In this document: one piece after another, positions 12,347 to 25,286 of the stretch
Numbering within the stretch: the first letter of the stretch is position 1
How the letters are laid out: each line of letters begins with the position of its first letter
Source of the DNA: Octopus vulgaris
Taxonomy: Eukaryota
Direction: 5' to 3'
Length of the DNA: 64,000 nucleotides
NCBI GenBank assembly: GCA_951406725.2
Contig: OX597820.1
Location: forward strand, 1,426,001-1,490,000
Position numbers and translations under genes: made by a program
Notes under the pieces: model-generated
The model's database searches: none
What the model was told of the DNA's origin: nothing
Seen by the model: only the letters and a program-made list of their open reading frames with translations

Positions 12347-13083
12347 TTATATTATATTGAGGGTACTACTATTCGTAGATACCAGCACGCTAAGAGGGAC
12401 CAATGCGGTCAAAACTACTAAAAATAAACAAAATTTTACCGAATGCAAAACTTCAAAACACATCATTTTAAAAAAGAATTCAGTTACATATCACATGTGA
12501 TTTCGCATTTAATGCAGAATATGCATTTCATGTTCATCAGGGCAACAAACTCAAGAAATATAAGAGAAAACATAACATTACAAGCTCGATAGCCAACCGT
12601 AGAATTCGTCGTAGCATGTACGAATGTTTATCTTTACATATCTATGAAAATGGCGGGCTTATTCGCAATGCATTTCGGTCACAAATTGTCTAGTCGGAAT
12701 AAAAATTCAGTATTGAACTATTCCGGTGAAAAATATAAATTAAATTAACAATTGAGGATAAAATCTTTAAAAGAAATTATCAGTAGTCAGCGTGAAAAAC
12801 CTCGTAAGAGAAAAAATCCGTAAATTCTTCCTCATTGAAAATATTCATTTATATTTTTTTTAAATGATGTGTTTTGAAGTTTTGCATTCGGTAAAATTTT
12901 GTTTATTTTTAGTAGTTTTGACCGCATTGGTCCCTCTTAGCGTGCTGGTATCTACGAATAGTAGTACCCTCAATATAATATAAATGAATATTTTCAAAGA
13001 GGAAGAATTTACGGATTTTTTCTCTTACGAGGTTTTTCACGCTGACTACTGATAATTTCTTTTAAAGATTTTATACTCAATTG

Positions 13084-13088
<5 letters not shown>
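12343..13088 (-). mobile_element. ~500-bp HHR-bearing element with an inverted segment that spans the monomer junction
   Basis: 12856-13088 is the reverse complement of (12745-12855 joined to 12350-12476); flanked by (TA)n. Confidence 0.8.
12477..12552 (-). ncRNA. Type I hammerhead ribozyme
   Basis: Minus: GAGUUUGUUGCC-CUGAUGA-ACAU..AAUGCA/UGCAUU..AUGC-GAAA-UCAC(AU)GUGA-UA-UGUAACUGAAUUC; palindromic stem III; A-C mismatch at 10.1-11.1. Confidence 0.7.
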
Positions 13089-13142
<54 letters not shown>

Positions 13143-13721
13143 GTTTGTGTGTGCGTGCGTGTAAATTAGTTATAGGGCTCATTGGAATCTAGGCCCATCG
13201 TCACGTAGGACGCCAGAAATGGCTTGGTGCAATAACACACAACTCAGAGTGAGGTAAACAACGATGAAGACATCAAGTGTTAGTAGAATACAGTAGATCT
13301 GTAAGAACAAATCCAATATAAATCGTAGATCCGACTCAGGGTTGGTTCCATGAGTGGCGTAGTTATAAAAATAGAACACAAACGGGGTTTAGAATTTATG
13401 ACAGCTGTTTCAGTAAATTTTTATAGATGTATTCATAGATTACATCGTGATATATGGTGCACCATATTCAGGTAAAGTTTTAAACAACTAAGATGTCAAA
13501 CAGATGGGATAACACATTGGTATTTTCCAAAGAGCCAGAAACGCACGTCTGGGAATCTACGAGAAGGAAGCACTCGACTGATGCTATCTCCCCCCCCCCC
13601 CCGCCCCACGCTAACTGCAATGAATTCGCCTTTAGAAGTTAAAATGTCACAAACATATCTTTAACTAGCCTAGAGTTCGTTTATTCCTCATCACTCCTTG
13701 GAGTTGTTACTGATATATACT

Positions 13722-13755
<34 letters not shown>

Positions 13756-14464
13756 ATTGTTACATCGACGATTGCATAATTACATTAAAACACCGGATGT
13801 TGACTTCTCATTTAGCACTGCCAGCCAACTAATGTTGGTAAATAATCATGGTTTCAAAATTTGGCACAATACCAGCAATTTTAGCGGAAAGTTTAAGTCG
13901 ACATTATCGACCCCAGTGCTTGACTGGTAATTATTTTATCCACCCCGAAAAGATGACAAGCAAAGTCGACCTCGGTGGCATTTTGTTCGGTGCGATAACG
14001 ATTTTGCCAAAACTCCGCCTTTACGTTGGTAAATAATGATGAATTAAATTACTATTTTCTCTGAAGATCTGGCGTTTCACTGTGATTACGCAACCGTCTA
14101 CGCAATGATTACCGCACAACATGTTAGTATTTGCTAGTGAAACATACGTAAAAATTATGTAATTTATGATGTTATAATATCATGATTTAGGATGTGCGTG
14201 TGTATGCGTGTGTGTGTATGTGTGTGTGGCCCAGGCTTGGTTCCTGTCGAATGTCCTTTACTGGAGAGACTTGTGAACGCAGTGGAATGAAGGATAATCC
14301 ACAGAAAAAAGATAATACACCCCAGACGGTAGCGGTCAGCTTGCATCTACGGTTTGTGGGAGAGACTGCCATTTGCTAAATTGGACTGTTCGTCCAGAGA
14401 CAATGCTGTTCCTGTGGGGTAGACGGCTAAGACCTTCATTAATTACAGACGGAGGTCTCAACAA

Positions 14465-14545
14465 CATACATACATATACATACATACATACACACACACA
14501 TACATACATACATACATACACACATACATACATACATACATACAC

Positions 14546-14576
<31 letters not shown>

Positions 14577-16279
14577 CATACACACACATATATATACATA
14601 CATACATACATACATACATACACACACACATACATACATACATACACACATACATACATACATACACACATACATACATACATACATACATACATACATA
14701 CATACATACATACACACATATATACATACATACATACATACATACATACATACACACATACATACATACATACATACATACATACATACACACATATATA
14801 CATACATACATACATACATACACACATATATACATACATACATACACACATGCATACATACGTACATACATACATACATACACACATACATACACACATA
14901 CATACATACATACATACACACATACATACATATATACATACATACATACATACATACACACATACATACATACATACATACATACATACATACATACATA
15001 CATACATACACACATAAATACATACATACATACATACATACATACACACATACATACATACATACATACATACATACACACATACATACATATATACATA
15101 CATACATACATACACACATACATACATACATACACACATACATACATACATACATACATACATACACACATATATACATACATACATACATACATACATA
15201 CATACATACACACATACATACATACATACATACATACATACACACATATATACATACATACATACATACATACACACATATATACATACATACATACACA
15301 CATGCATACATACGTACATACATACATACATACACACATACATACACACATACATACATACATACATACACACATACATACATATATACATACATACATA
15401 CATACACACATACATACATAGATACATACATACATACATACATACATACATACATACATACATACATACATACATACATACATACATACATACATACATA
15501 CATACATACATACATACATACACACATACATACACACATACATACATACATACATACACACATACATACATATATACATACATACATACATACATACACA
15601 CATACATACATACATACATACATACACACATACATACATACATACATACACACATACATACATACATACATACATACATACACACATACATACACACATA
15701 CATACATACATACATACATACACACATACATACATACATACATACATACATACATACATACACACATACATACATACATACACACATACATACATATATA
15801 CATACATACATACATACACACATACATACATACACACATACATACATATATACATACATACATACATACACACATACATACATACATACATACACATACA
15901 TACATACATACATACATACATACATACATACACACATACATACATACATACATACACACATACATACATACATACATACATACATACATACATACATACA
16001 TACATACATACACACATACATACATATATACATACATACATACATACATACATACATACATACACACATACATACATACATACATACATATATACATACA
16101 TACATACATACACACATACATACATACACACATACATACATATATACATACATACATACACACATACATACATATATACACACATACATACATACATACA
16201 TACACACATACATACATACATACATACATACATACACACATATATACACACATATATACACACACACATACATACATAT
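14465..16279. repeat. 1.8-kb (ACAT)n satellite with ACAC/ATAT variants
   Basis: Source of the 600-700 aa MYVC ORFs. Confidence 0.95.
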
Positions 16280-16307
16280 AAAGAGAGAGATGAGGAGAAA
16301 AAGAGAG

Positions 16308-16427
16308 AGGCGCAGGAGTGCTTCCCAACCAGTCCCAACCACATGGTTCCAGGTTCAGTCCCACTGCGTGGCACTTTTGGCAGGTGTCTTCTACTATAGC
16401 CTTGTAAGCAGATTTGAAGAAGCCCGT

Positions 16428-16508
<81 letters not shown>

Positions 16509-16700
16509 GTGTGTTTGAGCCGCACCACCACTTGACAACTGGTGTTGGTACGTTTATGTAACCCTAGCGGTTCGGCAAAAGAAAAACGATAGGATAAGTA
16601 CGAGGCTTTAAAAAAACAAGTACTAAGTTTGATTCATTTGACTAAAGATTCTTCAAGGTGGTGCCCCAGCATGGCCGCAGTCAAATGACTGAAACAAGCA
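16308..16700 (+). mobile_element. tRNA-derived SINE, family B (GGCGCAGGAG head, internal (TG)n, 3' stem-loop CAGTCAAATGACTG)
   Basis: B-box-like GGTTCAGTCCC; tail GGTGCCCCAGCATGGCCGCAGTCAAATGACTGAAAC; more than 15 partial copies in the window. Confidence 0.85.
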
Positions 16701-16728
16701 TAATACAAAAGATACACACACACACACA

Positions 16729-16848
<120 letters not shown>

Positions 16849-16962
16849 TGTATGTATATATATAGATGTAAGTATATATATGCCTGTATGTATATATATA
16901 TATATATATATATATGCATACATACCTGTATGTGTTTTATGCGGGTGGGTATCAATGTATAG

Positions 16963-17017
<55 letters not shown>

Positions 17018-17100
17018 TGTATATACGTATGTACGTTTGTATGTATGACCGTATATTTAACTGCTACCGTCTGCTCTATAGAGTTGGTGTGGTGTAGTCA

Positions 17101-17900
17101 TCTCTCTATATATATAAAACTGAGAATGTGTGTCTGTCTGTCTGTGTATTTCCCTAAAACTTGAGAACTACACAACCAATTTCATTCAAATTTTACACAT
17201 GCCTTACTTAAGGTCCGGGGAGTGTCATCGGCAAAACAAATTTTAACTTTTTCCCTAGGGCGACCCCACAGCAATATCATATCTTCTCCACTATTTCAGT
17301 ATTACGTGTTAAAAGTGAAACAAAAACATCTCTCTATTGTAATGCAGACATTCACTTTAATACTGAAACTATTAAAGTGAACGTATTATATAACAGGGAT
17401 GAACCATTAACAGTGGTCATCCATTTTGCTAGAAGAAAATCGGCTATGGTCTTATATGCTACACCACTGGTTTTCAATTCATATTAATCAAATTAATATT
17501 CAATGTTTCACCCTTATTACGTGTGTGTGTGTGTGTATTAGCAATTCGTATAAAATTGCATCAGTGACTTGAACTTGAATAAGTGGTTTCACATAAATGG
17601 GGATAAATTAAAAAGGTTTGTTGTTATTATTATTACTGTTTGACTATTGTAATCACATTTGTTGGTACCTCGTCAGGGAAACGTTGTTGTGTTGCATTTG
17701 TTAAATAATTGTAAACCGTAACCCTCCCCCTTTCGGAGAAGGGGCTTTGGTTATTGTTTCAAAATTGAATAGTGTCCCTGTTTGGAGAAATTGACAATAT
17801 TTTCACCGTCTTTACGGAAGCATTTTTGTTAAATGCCTTCGATAGAAGAAAGTCGAAAAATGAATTTCGCTGCAGCCGTACACTTCTATACAAGAGGGAG
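17101..17900 (+). mobile_element. Helitron-type 5' portion
   Basis: A|TCTCTCTATATATATAAAACTG, (GTCT)n, AACCAATTTCATTCAAATTTTACAC; right boundary uncertain. Confidence 0.6.
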
Positions 17901-18937
<1,037 letters not shown>

Positions 18938-19057
18938 GTGGTATTTTCCATCTACTATGTATTGTCAATAGCAGAATGCACATATGGCGGTGCCCCTATA
19001 TGGCCACAGCTCATAAGCTGAAACTAGAATCAATCAATCAATCATTCCATTATTGGT

Positions 19058-19115
<58 letters not shown>

Positions 19116-19379
19116 TTAATAGTTTTGGTAATGTAATACAATGAACTTTGGACTTTGTATATGTACCATTTGATGTGGATATATATGTATACTCCAGTAT
19201 ATATATTGGATTAACTATAAACTTTCCGTTTCCTTGTTTGATTTTATGTTTTCTTTTCTCGTTGTGTTCTACGTTTATTTGTGGTGTCCTGTACTCATAT
19301 ATGCATGTATATATACATATAGATGTAAGTATGTACATATATGTATGTATATATGCATATGTTTTATTTATTATATTGT

Positions 19380-19420
<41 letters not shown>

Positions 19421-19421
19421 C

Positions 19422-19494
<73 letters not shown>

Positions 19495-19649
19495 GGAAAA
19501 AAGAAACAAGAATGGATCAATATTTCGGTACAATTGTTTCGTACGAAGACATCTTTAATAAGGCTACAAAATTTGCAGTAAATATAAGTTAAGTACCATA
19601 TTCATGTGAATTGAACAGAACTCACTTGAATCTTAATTGCTTGTACCGA

Positions 19650-19680
<31 letters not shown>

Positions 19681-19868
19681 GGGAGAGTTTACGAAAAACC
19701 AAAAGACGAAGACAGATGGTGTACAAAATAAACAGATGTATTAGTACAACGCTCAGGAATAGAAAATATTTTACGTTTCGAACCTACGCTCTTCTACAGA
19801 AAGGGACACAGAAAAAACATGGAGAGAAAAAATGTGTGTATTGGCTAACGATCTATCATGGCGACTAG
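19681..19868 (-). mobile_element. Penelope-like 3'-end repeat with minimal HHR-like motif (19768-19803)
   Basis: Minus CUUU-CUGUAGAA-GAGC(GUAG)GUUC-GAAAC-GUA-AAAU; homolog of the 11400 element; (TA)n on both sides. Confidence 0.65.
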
Positions 19869-19870
19869 TA

Positions 19871-19937
<67 letters not shown>

Positions 19938-19948
19938 CATATGTATAC

Positions 19949-20011
<63 letters not shown>

Positions 20012-20491
20012 ATATATAAATATATATATATACATATATATATATATAAATACATGTATATATACTGATGTATATGTATAGATATATTTCTATAGATATA
20101 CATGTATGTGTAAACATGTATGTCTAGATGTATATATATAGATGTGCATGTAATATGTATACATATTTATATACACATATATACATGCATACATATATAC
20201 ACCCATACACACATACCGATATACCCCCACACACACACACAGGTGCAGGTGTGACTGTGTGGTAACAAACTTGGTTCCAAAACACTTGGTCCCACTGTGT
20301 GGTAACTTGGCATGTGTCTTCTGCTATAGCATCATACCAGCTAGAGCTCGCTCTGTGCGACGTTGGGTCGACCGTCCACAGCTACCAGCCCACAGTCGAC
20401 AAGGAGAAATGAAAGTGTCACCTCTGGAGTTTGCAAATGACCATTATACAGATACGTAACTGGAGAGAATAAATTTAGTGTAGGCAAAGAT

Positions 20492-20848
20492 GCTATGGCG
20501 ACCGGAGCTCGCTCTGGGCGACATTGGGGCGACTGTACACGGCTACCAGCCCACAGTCGACGCTGTGGCGACCAGAGCTCGCTCTGGGCGACATTGGGGC
20601 GACTGTACACAGCTACCAGCCCACAGTCGACGCTATGGCGACCAGAGCTGGCTCTGGGCGACATTGGGGCGACTGTACACAGCCACCAGCCCACAGTCGA
20701 CGCTATGGCGACCAGAGCTGGCTCCGGGCGACAATGGGGCGACTGTACACAGCTACCAGCCCACAGTCGACGCTATGGCGACCAGAGCTGGCTCTGGGCG
20801 ACATTGGGGCGACTGTACACAGCCACCAGCCCACAGTCGACGCTATGG
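20492..20848. repeat. GC-rich 70-bp minisatellite, 5 copies (diverged partial unit at ~20340-20400)
   Basis: GCT(A/G)TGG at 20492, 20562, 20632, 20702, 20772, 20842; followed by (GGGTT)n. Confidence 0.95.
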
Positions 20849-20929
20849 GGGTTGGGTTGGGTTGGGTTGGGTTGGGAGGAAAGAATTTCCATTATATATT
20901 GAGAACTATAGCGCGAAGGCAGCATAAAA

Positions 20930-21016
20930 AAACAACCCTTCCTCAATTGTTGGCAGATTTACCTACTCCGCATTGCGAGCAGTGGAACAAGATGCGTCTT
21001 CGTCAAAGTAATTGCT
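20930..21016 (-). ncRNA. Degenerate non-circularly permuted hammerhead
   Basis: Minus: P3 CGCAU/AUGCG, AUC site, P1 UUGUU/AACAA, GCAA (for GAAA), UUGAGGA (for CUGAGGA); same strand order as 4721 and 43769. Confidence 0.5.
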
Positions 21017-21607
21017 CCCCCAAAGCAAATTAAATAATATTTGAGATACGTGGAACGTCAGAGCTGCTAACAAAAACAGGACAGTGAAAACTTTGCGTAA
21101 GGGCTGTTTAACCCTAACGAGGTGAAGTGGTGAACGCTGGAGAAAAAAAGCTTTGTCAAGAGACAGACAAGAATGCGTGTTATAGTTATAAACAGCACGA
21201 GAAGAAAAATAATTACATTTAGGAATAGAGATCTATAATTATTGAGAACAGAATTTTAGTTAGAAATAGAGAACTATAAATATTGTATTATGCATAAAGT
21301 GGTGGCTTACATTCGGGGCTTCCAATTTCTCTAAAATATAAGATAGTCGCAAAATCATCGCACATGTTACCATCGATTACAAACACCGGTGGAAGATAAA
21401 AGTTCCAGAGGACATTCTTGTTCTTTCGTTTGTACAAGGATCGTGTTATGTTTCGGCTTAAAATAAATTATAGATACAAATATAATGTATAGAAATATAT
21501 AAAAACCAGAATAGAAAATAAACGTCTTAGGCATATAAAATGAGATAACATGAGATATCAAGGTGTTATAAACTTGAAACCTACTAGAATATCATAGATT
21601 ATATATA

Positions 21608-24194
21608 TCAAGTCACCCAATCAGTTCTGGTCCAATCCAATTTTACCTTTTTTTTAGATTTGAATGAAATTTAATAGTATTTTCAAATGTCTAATTCAAA
21701 TAAAAATTATTTTTATGCATTTGTGTACGTTTAAACTAATTCAATATTGTTTTACAAAATAATAGAGGGTGTCCACAAAGTCTGCGTACATGGGGATTAA
21801 CACATACTTTTAAAACAAACCAATTTTATTTAATTATAACGTTAATAAATAATATTTTCAAACTGATTTCCATCATTTTTCAATGCATAACTTGATGCGC
21901 CTTGCAAAATTCAGGTGAACTTGATTAAATAAGTCTACATTGCCATCAATTTCAGTACACTGACTGGTAATGCGTTCTCTCATGTGTTTTAAATCTGTAA
22001 TCTTTATTGTAATCTTTCTCTTTCAACATACCCCAGAAAAAGAAATCAAGGGGAGCAAGGTCTGGTGAACGAGGGGACCTTTCCATATGAGCCCTTCTTC
22101 CAATCCAGTGAGGAAAAGTGCCATTAAGCCAATCTCTAACAGTTGTGGCAAAATGGCTTGGGGCCCCATCATGCTGAAACCAATTCGGAAGGCCCTCGCC
22201 TAGGCGCTCAATTTGAGATATTAATTTGTCTCTCAATATGTTTACATAAGTCTCATCCGTTATATGTTCAATGAAGAATGGTCCTAGAACATGAGCTTTC
22301 CACAAACCACACCACACCATCACCTTTTTGCTGCCTTGCTGTTTGGATGGATCCATCCAATGTGGATTACCTCGAGACCAGTATAGAAGATTCTGTCTGT
22401 TGACCTCACCATTTACATAAAAAGTAGCTTTGTCATTGAACAACAAAGTTTTTCGTAAAATTGATAATTTCATCCAATTTATCTGAAAACCATTCGTACG
22501 TCTACATTCGTCTATCAGGGTCATCTTCATTTAAGTGATGCAATATCTGTAGGTTGTATCGATGAAACTTTTCCTCAACCAGCATTTTGTGGATGGTTGG
22601 TTTTGGAACACCTAACGCCGTGGATGTCCGACGAAGTGATTTCTTTTGGGGTAGCAGAAACTTTAGCCATGACAGCCTCTTTCGTTTCATCTGAAGTCTT
22701 TGGTCGCCCGGAACGGGGTTTATCCAAAACACTGCCTGTTTCTTTAAATTTCTTGATCAATTTCCCGACGGCAGTAAAAAAAAATAGGTTACCTATAAGG
22801 GTGTCGAAGATTAAATTCTTCCGCAATTTTGCAATAAGACCATCCCTCTCGTCCACTTAATAATACTAACTCGATTCTTTCTTCTTTAGACAGATCCATC
22901 ATTCGATCTGGGATTCTTTATTCTTTAGACAGTCATCATTCGATAATCTGTAGAAAAAATAACAAATAAATTTAGAAAAGTAAAGTATTTTTTTATTTAA
23001 TTTAAACAAAAGTAAAAAAGGAACATTATTATTTCTTATATTTGTTTATGTTATGATTTTATTCCATGTACCCAGACTTCGTGGACACCCTAAAATTGCT
23101 TTGATTAAAACCCTTTCAACATGGAAGTATCCAAGGAGCATTTAAGGCACATATAATTCTTTATGAGTACAATAAAGGTAACTCTGCAGCCGAAGTGACT
23201 CGAAACATACACTCAGTTTATGGGAAAGTGCTTGAATGAAAGAACTTGCAGGAGATCTTTTGCAAAATTGAAGATGAAGATCGAATGGGATGTCCAGTTG
23301 AGTTTGATGATAAGCTCCTTGCGGAATTACTTGAAGAAAATCCGTCATTATCAGTTGAAGAATTGGCAATAAAGCTTACTTCAAACCATACAACAGTTCA
23401 TCGTCATCTTCAACAACGTGGAAAGATTCCTAAACTTGGAAAATAGGTGCTTCATGTATTGTCCGAGAGCAACCGCAAATCCCGAGTTGACATCTGCTCT
23501 TCTCTCCATTCTCGCAAACTCATTTCACCCTTTTTCAATAGACTTGTGACGAAAAATGGATTTTCTATCGAAATGTTAAACGTCGTAAACAGTGGCTTGG
23601 TAAAAGGGAAAATGCTCAACCACAACCGAGAAGGGAACTTCATGGGAAAAAGGTTCTACTCTATCTGGTGCGACTGCAAAGGCATAATTCACTTTATATT
23701 GTTACCACCTAATGCAACAATCAATGCTCAAGTCTACTGTCAGCAATTAGAGCGTTTGAACCAAGCTTTGAAGGAAAAAAAGAGCCGCTTTAGTGAGTCG
23801 AAAGCGAGTGATGTTTCATCAGGACAATGCGCAACTCCACACTGCAAAGATCACATCACAGAAGATCGAAGAGGTTGGTTTGGAAAAATTTCTTCATCCA
23901 ACTTATTCTCCCGACCTTACTCCTTCAGGATACCATTTGTTTCATAGTTTACAGAATTATTAGGGGGACACAACTTTCGCAAGCCAAGAGGAGGTCGAAC
24001 CTGACATTTCAGAGTTCTTCGCTTTGAAACCAAAAGAGTTTTACATTGATGGGATTAAAAAGTTTGTAAATAGATGGAAGTAAGTCATAGATAATCAGGG
24101 AAAGTACATTGATGATTAACTTTCAATTAAATATAACATTTGATCACTTGGATTCTTTATCCAAAATTGGGACAGAACTTATGGGATGACCTGA
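21608..24194 (+). mobile_element. Mariner (DD34D) transposon; pseudogenised transposase ~23121-24118
   Basis: Degenerate TIRs TCAAGTCACCCAATCAGTTCTG / CAGAACTTATGGGATGACCTGA; MEVSKEHLRHIILYEY, DEKW, HQDNA-x-YSPDLTPSG (34 spacing, third D mutated to G); stops and frameshifts. Confidence 0.9.
21765..23091 (-). mobile_element. Tc1/mariner DD41D-like transposon nested in the mariner 5' region
   Basis: TIR GAGGGTGTCCACAAAGTCTG / CAGACTTCGTGGACACCCT; KKFKETGSVLDKPRSGRP, FQHDGAPSH...SPDLAPLDFFFWG (40 residues between the Ds here); frameshifted. Confidence 0.9.
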
Positions 24195-24202
24195 GATATA
24201 TA

Positions 24203-24929
24203 CATTGGCGAAAATATATTTAAGACCGACGATAAAAGTTCTATTTCTTACAAAATATTTTGTTACTAACACCATACAAATTATTTATAACTTTTACACC
24301 TTATGCAAAATTTATTTCTCTTTCGAATGATGCAAACAATTTTTATACAACTTGAAGAATTCTAATGCTAAATTAATATATATTTCTTTACTGCCCACAA
24401 GGGGCTAAACATAGAGAGGACAAACGCGGACAGACAAACGGATTAAGTCGATTACATCGACCCCAGTGCGTAACTGCTACTTAATTTATCGACCCCGAAA
24501 GGATGAAAGGCAAAGTCAACCTCGGCGGAATTTGAACTCAGAACGTAATATAAACGTTTCAAATTTACCGGCAAAATTAGTTTAAGACCATGTAATATGT
24601 ATGCAATTTTTTTGGCCAAAATGGATGGTCACACAACGAGCCTAATTGCACCATATAAAGTTATAATTTAATGTTATTATACAATTTATTAATAATGGGA
24701 AAACAACGTAGCCTTAGTCCAGTCACGAGAGCAAAAATCGTATATTACAGCAAAAAGTTTCCTTTTCGAACATCAGCAAGCAACTAAAGTGCAGTAAACC
24801 GGTTTGCGTGCAAGCGTGGAAGTTATACTCGGAGACTGGTCAATATAAAGATCGGCAAAGGACTAGTAACAGAATATTTTGTAAGAAATAGAACTTGTAT
24901 CATCGGTCTTAAATTTATTTTCGCCAGTG
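24203..24929. mobile_element. MITE with ~65-bp TIRs, containing a family A SINE (24382-24547, minus)
   Basis: CATTGGCGAAAATATATTTAAGACCGA.. / ..TCGGTCTTAAATTTATTTTCGCCAGTG; TA on the left. Confidence 0.8.
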
Positions 24930-25165
24930 TGTATATTATATATATATATAATGTATATAATACGAGAATTTTAATGGAGATAACCTGCAGTATATAGTAC
25001 AATATTTTTGTCTCCGTATATGTGCTAAGTATTAATAAAATGTGGTATACGATAGAAATTTCGGGGCGTTAAACTAATAAACCTGTTTGCTATTTACACA
25101 CCCTTCTTCGTCTTTTGTTCGCTTCTTTTGTAAATTTCAAATATATATGTAAGTATGTGTGTGTA

Positions 25166-25218
<53 letters not shown>

Positions 25219-25286
25219 ATTTCGCAGACAGGAACTGAAACAAATCGATCGTATATATATGTATGTATATATGTAAGTGTATGTGT

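Noticed and set aside
14336-16538. 638-699 aa ORFs
   Set aside because: Translations of the stop-free (ATGT)n array; no protein features
20847-20876. Telomeric repeat
   Set aside because: GGGTT rather than TTAGGG; short and interstitial
20490-21033. Repetitive ORFs or a CRISPR-like array
   Set aside because: The 70-bp unit is not a multiple of 3, has no unique spacers, there are no cas genes and the context is eukaryotic
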